This document shows positions 18,817-27,638 of a stretch of 64,000 bases of DNA, in pieces. Origin of the DNA: an uncultured Haloferula sp. (GTDB lineage Bacteria > Verrucomicrobiota > Verrucomicrobiia > Verrucomicrobiales > Akkermansiaceae); NCBI GenBank assembly GCA_965652295.1, contig CBFGTS010000006.1:96001-160000 (forward strand), written 5' to 3'. The notes beneath the pieces were generated by a model. The model saw only the letters and a list, made by a program, of their open reading frames with translations. It was not told the DNA's origin and made no database searches. Position 1 is the stretch's first letter; every line of letters begins with the position of its first letter. The position numbers were made by a program, and so were the translations under genes.

Positions 18817-19671
18817 ATGAGTTATCTCCACGTTGACCACCTGACCAAACGCTTCTCCTCGATCGAACCCGGAGCGAGACCCGGCGACACCTACACGGTG
18901 TTCTCGAAACTCAACTTCTCGATCGAAAAAGGCGAGTTCGTCTCGATGCTCGGCCACTCCGGCTGTGGAAAGAGCACCCTGCTCAACATCATGGCGGGCT
19001 TCGACTCGGCCACCGAGGGCGGCGTGATCCTCGAAGGCAGGGAGGTCACCTCCCCCGGGCTGGACCGGATGGTGGTCTTCCAGAGCTTCGCCCTGCTGCC
19101 GTGGAAGACGGCTGGCGACAACATCCGTCTCGCCGTCCGGCAAGCGAACCCGAAATGGTCGAAGCATCAGATCGAGGAAACCACCGCGAAATATCTCGAG
19201 TTGATGAACCTCACCGCCGCCGCGAACAAACGTCCGGCCCTGCTGTCAGGCGGCATGCGCCAGCGGGTCGGGCTCGCCCGCGCCTTTTCGGTGAACCCGA
19301 AGGTTCTGCTGCTCGACGAACCCTTCGCCCAGATCGACGCGCTGACCCGCGGGTCCATTCAGGATGAATTGATCCGCATGTGGACCGCCACCGGCAGCAC
19401 CGTGTTCATGGTCACCCACGATGTGGACGAGGCGATCCTGCTGTCCGACCGGATCGCGCTGATGTCGAACGGGCCCGACGCGGAGCTTGCGGAAGTCATT
19501 GAGGTGGACATCCCGCGTCCGCGGACGCGCGAGATGCTCATCGACCATCCGCGCTACCCGGAGATCCGCGCGCACATTCTGCGTTTCCTCGTGAAAGGAG
19601 CGCACGGCCGCGCCAAGCCGACGGACGAGGTCTCGACCGCCGGAACTCCCGAGGCCCGCAAGAGTGCCTGA
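18817..19671 (+). CDS. Nitrate/cyanate ABC ATP-binding protein (NrtD/CynD-like)
   Basis: [31 protein letters not shown]. Confidence 0.95.
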   Translation: MSYLHVDHLTKRFSSIEPGARPGDTYTVFSKLNFSIEKGEFVSMLGHSGCGKSTLLNIMAGFDSATEGGVILEGREVTSPGLDRMVVFQSFALLPWKTAGDNIRLAVRQANPKWSKHQIEETTAKYLELMNLTAAANKRPALLSGGMRQRVGLARAFSVNPKVLLLDEPFAQIDALTRGSIQDELIRMWTATGSTVFMVTHDVDEAILLSDRIALMSNGPDAELAEVIEVDIPRPRTREMLIDHPRYPEIRAHILRFLVKGAHGRAKPTDEVSTAGTPEARKSA

Positions 19672-20757
19672 ATGAGAGCAAACCCGCCACTCGAGGACAC
19701 CTGGCGCGCGCGCCGACGCCCGGTGGTCGAAATCGGCTATGTGCCGATGACCGACTGCGCACCGATCGTGGCCGCCGCCGAGCTGGGATTGTTCGAGCGG
19801 CACGGCATCGACGTCGTCCTACGACGTGAGCCGGGCTGGGCGACCGTGCGCGAAAAAGTCGCCCATGGGGAACTCCACGCCGCGCAGGCACCGGCCAGCA
19901 TGGTCTTCGAACTCAGTTGCGGTTGGGGAACGATCCGCTCGAGCTGTCTGACCGGATTCGTGACCGCTCACAATGGCAACGCGATCACCCTTTCCAACGA
20001 GCTGAGGGAGCTGGGCGTGAGCGATGCCGTCTCCCTCGGCGAACTCGTGAGGGAATGGAAGGGTCGTCGGAGATTCCGCTTCGCCGGCGTGCTGCGCTTT
20101 TCCTCCCAGTACTACCTGATGCGCCGCTGGCTCCAGAGCGGCGGGATCGATCCGGACGAAGATGTGGAGATGGTGATCGTGCCGCCGCCCCAAGTGCATG
20201 CCTGCCTGAAGGCGGGCCACCTCGACGGCTACTGCGTGGCCGAGCCGTGGAGTTCGATCGGGCTTCTCCAAGGTGTCGGCTGGTGTGCCACGCTGACGTC
20301 CGACTTCGATCCGATGCACGTCGAGAAAGTCTTCATGGTCCGTCAGGATTTCCATGATGGCCGCGAAGACTGCCACCTCGCGATCCTGAGCGCGTTGCGC
20401 CAGTCCGCCGAATGGTGCGATGAGTCGGGAAACCGCCGGGAGCTGGCGGAAATGCTCGCCCGACCGGAATACCTCGACCTACCCGAGGAAGCCATTGCGA
20501 CCGCGCTCGTCGGGCCTTTCGAGATGGGCTACGGGCGCAGGACCAATGCCTCGCGGGCCATCGTTTTCCACGATCAGGAGGCCAATCGTCCGACGCTGGA
20601 GAAGGCCCGCTGGGCGCTCCGCGAGATCGAACACCACGGCCTGGTGCCTCCGGCTGCGGCACGCCTGTCCGACGAGCGGATTGCCCGCCATTACCGAACC
20701 GACGTCTATGACTCGATCCCGGTGGTGGGGCCGCGCTGTCAGCCACAAAACTCGTGA
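19672..20757 (+). CDS. Signal-less CmpA/NrtA-fold protein (NasS-like sensor)
   Basis: IGYVPMTDCAPIV, NGNAITLS, LMRRWLQSGGIDPD, VPPPQ, DGYCVAEPW. No N-terminal export signal. Confidence 0.85.
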   Translation: MRANPPLEDTWRARRRPVVEIGYVPMTDCAPIVAAAELGLFERHGIDVVLRREPGWATVREKVAHGELHAAQAPASMVFELSCGWGTIRSSCLTGFVTAHNGNAITLSNELRELGVSDAVSLGELVREWKGRRRFRFAGVLRFSSQYYLMRRWLQSGGIDPDEDVEMVIVPPPQVHACLKAGHLDGYCVAEPWSSIGLLQGVGWCATLTSDFDPMHVEKVFMVRQDFHDGREDCHLAILSALRQSAEWCDESGNRRELAEMLARPEYLDLPEEAIATALVGPFEMGYGRRTNASRAIVFHDQEANRPTLEKARWALREIEHHGLVPPAAARLSDERIARHYRTDVYDSIPVVGPRCQPQNS

Positions 20758-20784
20758 GCGGATGCTTTTCAACCCCACAGACAT

Positions 20785-21231
20785 ATGATGACCAAAATCG
20801 AAATGACCGAAGCCATCCTGGCCGCCAAGTTCGCAAAAGGATGCTCCTGGGCGGAAATCGCCTCGTCCGTCGACCTCTCTGAGATCTTCGTGAGCTCGGC
20901 ATGCCTCGGCCAGAACAGCCTTACGCCCGATGAGGCCGCGAAGCTATGCGCCTTCCTCGACCTTCCCGACGAGGTGGCGGCCGTGCTCGCCCTCTGCCCT
21001 CTGAAAGGCGTCGGTGGTCCCGACCAGCAACGCGACCCACTCATCTATCGATTTTACGAGATCACCTACGTTTACGGGCCCGCGATCAAGGAGATCATCC
21101 ACGAAAAGTTCGGCGACGGGATCATGAGCGCGATCGACTTCACCCTCGAGGTGGACAAGCAGGAGGATCCGAAGGGAGACCGCGTGGTGGTCACCATGAA
21201 TGGCAAGTTCTTGCCCTACAAGAAGTGGTGA
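20785..21231 (+). CDS. cynS: Cyanate hydratase (cyanase)
   Basis: DPLIYRFYEI, IHEKFGDGIMSAIDF, GDRVVVTMNGKFLPY. Confidence 0.97.
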   Translation: MMTKIEMTEAILAAKFAKGCSWAEIASSVDLSEIFVSSACLGQNSLTPDEAAKLCAFLDLPDEVAAVLALCPLKGVGGPDQQRDPLIYRFYEITYVYGPAIKEIIHEKFGDGIMSAIDFTLEVDKQEDPKGDRVVVTMNGKFLPYKKW

Positions 21232-21364
21232 GTCGGGTCGCCGCCGCGGCGAGTTGATTGCCTATTCTCGAGTATTCCCTTCCTCCACCCCGGCAACCTT
21301 CCGGTTTGGCCGCATATCGGTCCGATCTGCGGCCGGGATGGATGGGGGGCAGCCCGCCAAACGA

Positions 21365-24037
21365 TCAACCACCCCCCGGCTGCACGGCGGCGGACCGGTT
21401 GCGGTGGAGCGCGGGGCGGACAACACCGACGAGGTCCTCGGGATCGGCCTGGAAGGCGGGACCGAGGAAGGCGCGGAGCCGGTGGAGTTCGTGCAGCGGG
21501 TCGCGGACGAGAGTGGGATAGTCGATTTCCAAAAGATCGATGCGCGGGTTCCGCCGGAGTTGCCCGAGCAGGCGGGTGAGGTGCGCCTGCTGGAGATCAA
21601 TCAACTTTTCGACAGGAGCGGCCGGGCTTTCGCCGCGGCGCTCGAGCATCTTGGCCTGGGAGGCGACGATTTCCTCGATCGGCCGGCGCATGAAGACGAT
21701 GCGGTAGCGGTGGCGGGGCGGGAGGCTCGGCAGCAGGGCGGAAACGACCTTGATCGTCTTGCCTTCCGCCTGCTCGATGATTTCCGGCCGTTGGCGGAGC
21801 GAGCGGATCTCGTCCCACTCCCAGTAGCCCTCGGGATTGTCCTCATCGGCCGCGCGTTTGCCGTCGTGCATGACCGGCATGCCCGCGGCGCGGAGGATCT
21901 GCATCGTGAGCGATGTGCCGGAGCGCGGGAGTCCTGAAACAAGCGTGAACTCAAGACTGCGGGCGGAGGTCTCATCGGGCGGCGCGCTTTTGACGCGGAG
22001 CCGGGCCCGCTCGGCGGATGCCTTGCGGATCCGGTCGCGTTGCTTGTCGAACTCCGAGTTTTCCATGGCCCGTCGCAAACGGGCTTGGGCGAGCGCGTCC
22101 TCGGCACCCGGGCGACCGAGCGTGCGGCGCACGCGGGTGAGGTGCCGCGCCGCGGGTCGGTGCGAAGGGGCGAGCTGCAGGCAGTTGTTGAGAGCGGCTT
22201 CAGCCGCTTCAAGCTCGCCGCACCGCGCCAGAGCCACACCGAGCAGGAAATGGGCACGCGGCGCACCATACTGGAGCCCCACGGCGTCGAGCGCCGTCTC
22301 GGCCGCGTCGCGCGGTTTTCCGCCGTGGAGCTGGCAGCGCGCGAGGGCGAGATGGGCGCGGGCGTCGCCGGGATCGAGCGCCAGCATACGACGGGCGATT
22401 TCCTCGGCATCGGTCCAGCGGCGCAGCGCCAGATAAGCCTCGGCCAGGCCTCGCAGGAGTTGGGGATTTTCCGGTTCGGTTTCCCGCACGATCGCCAACT
22501 GCTCGAGCGCCTCGGCGTGCCGGCCGCGCTGGGCTGCGACGCTCGCCAGCAACAGCCGCGCCGGCGTGGTAGGACCGAGATTTTCAAGGCAGGCGCGCAG
22601 GGTCTCTTCGGCCTCGTCGGCCAAACCCAGTTTGAGTTGCGTCCGCGCAAGCAATTGCCCGTAGTCCGCCCGTCCGGGCGCGGCGGCGAGGCACTCCTCC
22701 AGGAGTTCGAGGGCCCGCTCGAATTTGCCGCCGTATAGACAGGCGCGGGCGAGGTTCCAACGGTTCTCCCGCTCGGTCGCGGCCCCAGCTTCGGGGCCGA
22801 GCGAGGCCTGATCGATGTATCCGAGGGCGACGAACTGCTCGAGCAGCGCGTCCCCGGCCTCCTGCGGCAGGCGCGGATGACGGGGTTCGTCGTCCGGCGT
22901 CTCCCACGTCGGACAGGTTTCCACCGGCTGCGGCTCGAGGAAAGCTTCCAGCAGAACCCGCCCCTCCATGTCGTCGCCGACCGGCAGCCCGAAGTGGTGG
23001 AGGACGGTGGGTGCGATGTCGAGCAGGCGCGCGCCGTGGATCAGGCGGTCCTGCGCGAGATCCGGCCCGCGGGCGGCGATCATACCCTGCGCGCGGTGCC
23101 AGACGGTGATGCCGGCCGGCACCCGCGGCGTGAAGCGCGGCCGGAGGTGGTCGCTGTGAAAACCGTGATCGGAAACCAGCACCACCGTCGCATCCGGCCC
23201 CGCCAGATGCATGAGCCGCTGGAGCATCATGTCGTGCGCGCGATAGGAGCCGTTCACGACGTCGCGGTACATCTCGAAATCCGCCTCCGGCACCCCCTCC
23301 ATGCGCGGCGGGTGGAAGGGCATGAAGGTGTGGGAAATCTCATCGATCGCCCGGAAATAGACCGCCATGAAATCCCAGTCCGGATCCTTTTCCATCAGCC
23401 ACGTCGCCGCCGACTGCACCGAGTAGGCCTCGGCGAGCTTGTCCGCGAGGAAATGCAGGCGGCGGTCCTTCGACTGATCCACCTCCGCGGCGCGCGGGAC
23501 GAAAGCGCGGAGCACCTCGGCGTCGATCTCGCGCGGGCTCACCCGCAGCGCGTCCAACTCCCGGCCAAGGTCCTCCGGCCAATAGGTTCCGGGAGGAGGA
23601 GGAGGCCATTGCTCCGGGCCGGCTTCCGGCGGCACCGGCCCCAGGTGAGGGAAAAGATTCGAAACCATCCCACCGTTCAGTCCGCGCTCGCCCTGGGTGG
23701 CGAACCAACCCACCACGTGGCTTCGCAGCCCGTGGTCGCCGAGCATTTCCCAGATCGTACGAGACCGGCGGGTGGCGGCGGATACCGGGACAACGCGCCC
23801 GCTGGCGGGATCCACCTCGGTGAAACCGAGGACGCCGTGGTGATACGCCATCTTGCCGGTGGCGATCGAGGTCCAGAGCATCGGCGACAACTGCGGCTCA
23901 AGCGTCGCGAGATTTCCGGAAACTCCACCCTCCACCAACTGCTGCACGCCGGGCAGCATGCCGGCGTCCAGCAAGGGATGGATGACCTTCCAATCGGCCG
24001 AATCCCAGCCGATCAGGAGTAAACGTTGGCGGGCCAT
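21365..24037 (-). CDS. Alkaline-phosphatase-superfamily / TPR / sulfotransferase fusion protein
   Basis: N-terminal LLIGWDSADW, LSPMLWTSIATG, VSDHGF; central TPR helices; C-terminal PAPS-binding loop SGLPRSGTS and FMRRPIEEIVASQ. Confidence 0.88.
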   Translation of the reverse strand: MARQRLLLIGWDSADWKVIHPLLDAGMLPGVQQLVEGGVSGNLATLEPQLSPMLWTSIATGKMAYHHGVLGFTEVDPASGRVVPVSAATRRSRTIWEMLGDHGLRSHVVGWFATQGERGLNGGMVSNLFPHLGPVPPEAGPEQWPPPPPGTYWPEDLGRELDALRVSPREIDAEVLRAFVPRAAEVDQSKDRRLHFLADKLAEAYSVQSAATWLMEKDPDWDFMAVYFRAIDEISHTFMPFHPPRMEGVPEADFEMYRDVVNGSYRAHDMMLQRLMHLAGPDATVVLVSDHGFHSDHLRPRFTPRVPAGITVWHRAQGMIAARGPDLAQDRLIHGARLLDIAPTVLHHFGLPVGDDMEGRVLLEAFLEPQPVETCPTWETPDDEPRHPRLPQEAGDALLEQFVALGYIDQASLGPEAGAATERENRWNLARACLYGGKFERALELLEECLAAAPGRADYGQLLARTQLKLGLADEAEETLRACLENLGPTTPARLLLASVAAQRGRHAEALEQLAIVRETEPENPQLLRGLAEAYLALRRWTDAEEIARRMLALDPGDARAHLALARCQLHGGKPRDAAETALDAVGLQYGAPRAHFLLGVALARCGELEAAEAALNNCLQLAPSHRPAARHLTRVRRTLGRPGAEDALAQARLRRAMENSEFDKQRDRIRKASAERARLRVKSAPPDETSARSLEFTLVSGLPRSGTSLTMQILRAAGMPVMHDGKRAADEDNPEGYWEWDEIRSLRQRPEIIEQAEGKTIKVVSALLPSLPPRHRYRIVFMRRPIEEIVASQAKMLERRGESPAAPVEKLIDLQQAHLTRLLGQLRRNPRIDLLEIDYPTLVRDPLHELHRLRAFLGPAFQADPEDLVGVVRPALHRNRSAAVQPGGG

Positions 24038-24046
24038 GGCGGCGCG

Positions 24047-24658
24047 TCAGGCCGCTTTGCGTTGGCGCCGGGTGATCAGACCGCCCGCGCCCAACGCGAG
24101 CAGGGCGAGGGCCGAAGGCTCCGGCACCGCATCGATGGCGGTCTTGCCGGCGGAGATACTGAGGGCGCTGCCGTCGTCGTTCACCGCGAGGGCCACGAGG
24201 TAGCCGCCCCCTGCCCCATCCAGATAGAACTGCCCCACCGCCTCATACACGTCATCGTCACCGTCGAAGGAGATGTTGGCGTAGTTGAATGTGGTGTCGA
24301 GGGTGGCCCCATACGTCGGCACGCTATCGATGCGATACTGGCCGTAACCCCAGGTCTCGAGGGAAGCGAGATCGCTCTCTCCGTCCGTGAAGTAGTTCAA
24401 GCCGACATTGCTGAACGCGGCGCGCGCATCAACGGCATCGACCACTCCATAGTATTTCTCGTCAGTAAAGATATTCTGGTAAAAGAGCCCCACCGAGATC
24501 CCGGCCGGCGTGGCGGGAGTGGAACTGGAATTCTGGGCACCTGGACCATAGAAAGTCACCAGAATCGCCGCGTCTGCTTGGCCAGCCAAACAACCGGCGC
24601 CAAGGCTTGCAGTGAGGTAGGAGGTGAGCTTCGACGGCTTGGGGTGTCGGGTTTTCAT
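24047..24658 (-). CDS. PEP-CTERM surface protein, Tyr/Asp-rich
   Basis: Leader ending QADA; C-terminal VPEPSALALLALGAGGLITRRQRK. Confidence 0.93.
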   Translation of the reverse strand: MKTRHPKPSKLTSYLTASLGAGCLAGQADAAILVTFYGPGAQNSSSTPATPAGISVGLFYQNIFTDEKYYGVVDAVDARAAFSNVGLNYFTDGESDLASLETWGYGQYRIDSVPTYGATLDTTFNYANISFDGDDDVYEAVGQFYLDGAGGGYLVALAVNDDGSALSISAGKTAIDAVPEPSALALLALGAGGLITRRQRKAA

Positions 24659-25051
24659 GGATTTCGTCAGAATGGTGACGTGGAGGTTGCTAAATATCTT
24701 GCGTTCCCCGCAATATCAAAGTTGCTTCATCGTGAAATCCGCGTTCATCCGGGAACAACTCTCTCATCGTCTATCGACAACTTCAGTCGCCGCAAGGATG
24801 AGGAGTATCAGAGATGGCAGAACCGGGGGATCACGCAAACGCGTCATGCGACCGCATCCGTCTTCGATGGAGTCTGCGCGGCGACCCCGAAACACGAGGG
24901 CTCATCACCAAAAATCTCCAAGAACGTTCCGGTCTCCCGAGAGACGGCGTGGACGGGCATTCCGGCGCTGAGGACCGCCCATACTGGCCTCGGCCCGGGA
25001 GAACAGGCACTCCCACTTTGCGACTCCGTGGATCCGGCGCTATGTTCCTGA

Positions 25052-26251
25052 ATGTCGACCTCTCATCCCACGACCGATCTTTCCATCCAGTTTCTCACCT
25101 CGCTTGATTCCGAACGTTTCAAACGCCTCACCGCCGCGCCCCCTGAGGGCGGGCAGATCGCCACCATCCTTCTTCCCATGGAGGTGAAAGGCGCGGAAAC
25201 GCGGAAGAACCGGATCGCATTCAAAAACGCGCTCGCCGAGCTGCGCTCCCGGCTCAAAGGCAACGGCGGAGCGAGGCTTGGGCGGGTGCTGGAGGAACTC
25301 GAATGCCTGGACGCCCCCACACATGAGTTCTGGCAGCACCAGCACGAGGGCCTCGCGCTGGTGATCCGCGAAGATGGCACGACGGATGCATACGGGCTGC
25401 CCTTTGCACCGGAGTCCCGCGTCCATCTCGGAGAAGCACCATACTTGACCCCGCTGGCACGCCTGATCGGGGGCTTCGAGGCCCACGTGCTGGTGCTCGA
25501 TCTCGACCACGTCCGTCTTTTCTACGCCACCCGCTGGCGGGTACAGGAACTCAAACTGGAGCACACACCGCTGAGCCTTGATGAGGCCATGGCCACCGAC
25601 GATCCGGAGAAGAGCCTCCAGTTCCGCAGCGTTTCCTCCTCGAACCTGCCCGGCGAAGGAGGCGGAACCGCCGCTTTTCACGGCCATGGCATCACGGGGG
25701 ACGAAACCCGTCGCAAGCGCGCCAAGCGCTTCTTCGAACAACTGGACAACGGCGTGCGCGCCACCGCCGGCGACAATGTCCCGCTCGTGCTCTGCGGCCC
25801 CGACGATGAAATCGGCCTCTACCGCGAGGTGAACCACCACCCAAAGCTCAGCCACGAAGCGATCCGCTTCAACGCCAGCAACCTCGACCGCGACGAGCTT
25901 CACCGCCGCATGCGCGAGTGGGTCATCGAGCGCGACGATGCGCTCGTCGAGGAAAGCCTCGGCAACCTGCAGGAGGGCCTCGCCAAGGCCGAGGCGGTGG
26001 ATGAAATCGGGGAGATCGTGCGTTCCGCGAAGAACGGCCGGATCGCCGTGCTTTTCGTCGAGACCGGAGCCCGGCTCTACGGCATCGGGGATGAAACCGG
26101 AGCCATCGTTCATGACTCCCCGCAGCCCGGAGATGAAGAACTGCTCGGCCGCGCCGCCCACCAGGTCGCCAGCCAGGGAGGACGCGTTCATTTCCTCGAT
26201 CCAGGAAGGCTCGCCAACGGCAGCAAGGCAGCGGCAATCCTGCGCTACTGA
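25052..26251 (+). CDS. Bacterial archaeo-eukaryotic release factor-like (baeRF) protein
   Basis: NRIAFKN, FWQHQHEGLA, PYLTPL, SLQF...FHGHG, PLVLCG, GRIAVLFV, C-terminal AAAILRY. Confidence 0.75.
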   Translation: MSTSHPTTDLSIQFLTSLDSERFKRLTAAPPEGGQIATILLPMEVKGAETRKNRIAFKNALAELRSRLKGNGGARLGRVLEELECLDAPTHEFWQHQHEGLALVIREDGTTDAYGLPFAPESRVHLGEAPYLTPLARLIGGFEAHVLVLDLDHVRLFYATRWRVQELKLEHTPLSLDEAMATDDPEKSLQFRSVSSSNLPGEGGGTAAFHGHGITGDETRRKRAKRFFEQLDNGVRATAGDNVPLVLCGPDDEIGLYREVNHHPKLSHEAIRFNASNLDRDELHRRMREWVIERDDALVEESLGNLQEGLAKAEAVDEIGEIVRSAKNGRIAVLFVETGARLYGIGDETGAIVHDSPQPGDEELLGRAAHQVASQGGRVHFLDPGRLANGSKAAAILRY

Positions 26252-26300
26252 GGGAAGCGTTTCTTGAAAGTTCGGGCGGCCGGGCGACGATTCCTCCATC

Positions 26301-27404
26301 GTGCGCGCCCCCCTCCTTTTCGTCGTCCTTGCTGGCTGCCTGCTGGCGGAGGCGGCCGATCGCTTTTCCCCTGGCGAGATCTGGCCGGATGATCAGGGCG
26401 TTCACATCAACGCCCACGGCGGCGGCGTGCTTTTCCATGAAGGAACCTACTATTGGTTCGGCGAGCACAAGGTGTCCGGACCGCGGGGAAACTCGGCCCA
26501 GGTCGGCGTGAGCTGCTACTCTTCCACCGACCTCTACCACTGGAAGAACGAGGGCATCGCCCTGGCCGTGGAGGAAAAGAGGAGTAGCGAGATCACCCGC
26601 GGCTCCATCATTGAGCGGCCGAAAGTCGTCTACAACCGGAAGACCCGGAAGTTCGTGATGTGGTTTCACCTCGAACATCGCGGCGAAAGCTACGGCACCG
26701 CCCGCTGCGCGGTGGCCACTTCCGACAAGGTCACCGGTCCCTACGATTTCATCGAAAGCCACCGCCCGAACCGCGGCGAGTGGCCGCAGAACTACGACCG
26801 CAGGGAAACCAAGGACCAGTGGGTGGACTACCTCAAGCGCGACCGCCGGCGCGGCCAGATGGCGCGCGACATGACCGTGTTCGTCGACGACGACGAAAAG
26901 GCTTACCTCATTTCCTCCGCCGAGGAGAACTACACGCTCAACATCTCTCTGCTCACCGACGACTATCTCGATTTCACCGGCACCTTCTGGCGCCTCTTCC
27001 CCGGCGGGCACAACGAAGCGCCCGCCCTCTGCAAGCACGACGGCAAATACTGGCTGCTCGCCTCCGGCTGCACCGGCTGGGACCCGAACGAAGCCCGCTC
27101 GTACGTCGCCGACTCGATCGGAGGCCCATGGAAAACCCTCGGCAACCCCTGCACCGGGCCGAACGGCACGGGCGGCATGGGCCCCGAGAAAACCTTCGGC
27201 GGTCAGAGCACTTTCATCCTCCCCATCCACGGCAAGCCCGGCCAGTTCATCGCCATGTTCGACGTCTGGCGGCCGAAAGACCCCATCGACGGCCGCTACC
27301 TCTGGCTGCCCATGAACTTCGAAAACGGCCGGATGACCATCGTCTGCCCGAAAAGCTGGCAGCTGAGCGACCTTGATGTGCTCTCGGAAGTCGCCACGCC
27401 GTGA
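26301..27404 (+). CDS. Glycoside hydrolase family 43 protein, secreted
   Basis: Signal peptide, INAHGGG, YYWFGE, IERPKV, RDMTVFVDDD, EAPA, SGCTGW, GQST. Confidence 0.9.
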   Translation: MRAPLLFVVLAGCLLAEAADRFSPGEIWPDDQGVHINAHGGGVLFHEGTYYWFGEHKVSGPRGNSAQVGVSCYSSTDLYHWKNEGIALAVEEKRSSEITRGSIIERPKVVYNRKTRKFVMWFHLEHRGESYGTARCAVATSDKVTGPYDFIESHRPNRGEWPQNYDRRETKDQWVDYLKRDRRRGQMARDMTVFVDDDEKAYLISSAEENYTLNISLLTDDYLDFTGTFWRLFPGGHNEAPALCKHDGKYWLLASGCTGWDPNEARSYVADSIGGPWKTLGNPCTGPNGTGGMGPEKTFGGQSTFILPIHGKPGQFIAMFDVWRPKDPIDGRYLWLPMNFENGRMTIVCPKSWQLSDLDVLSEVATP

Positions 27405-27418
27405 GCGGCCTCCATCGC

Positions 27419-27595
27419 CCGGTAGGGACCGGCGGCCCGCCGGTCCGATTCTCCCTCGCCGCAGGCGGAACTCTTCGGCGGACCGGGCCGGTCCGCCCTA
27501 CCGTCTGCCTTCATCATCCGGTAGGGACCGGCGGCCCGCCGGTCCGATTCTCCCCGCCGCAGGTCCTTCGGCGGACCGGGCCGGTCCGCCCTACC
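27419..27595. repeat. Tandem pair of GTAG-type REP doublets (BIME/REPIN-like)
   Basis: Two units (27419-27502 and 27518-27595), each GTAGGGACCGGCGGCCCGCCGGTCC...GGCGGACCGGGCCGGTCCGCCCTAC. Located between convergent genes. Confidence 0.9.
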
Positions 27596-27638
27596 TTTGA
27601 TCCAATTCACCCACGGTGCCGTGACGACTCCGTTGCGG

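Noticed and set aside
24690..24720. Imperfect palindrome TTGCG-TTCCC-CGCAA upstream of the PEP-CTERM gene
   Set aside because: Single short occurrence with no cognate regulator nearby; cannot be told from chance.
27419..27595. Possible CRISPR array
   Set aside because: Only two composite units of inverted palindromes with related spacers, and no cas genes. It fits REP doublets.
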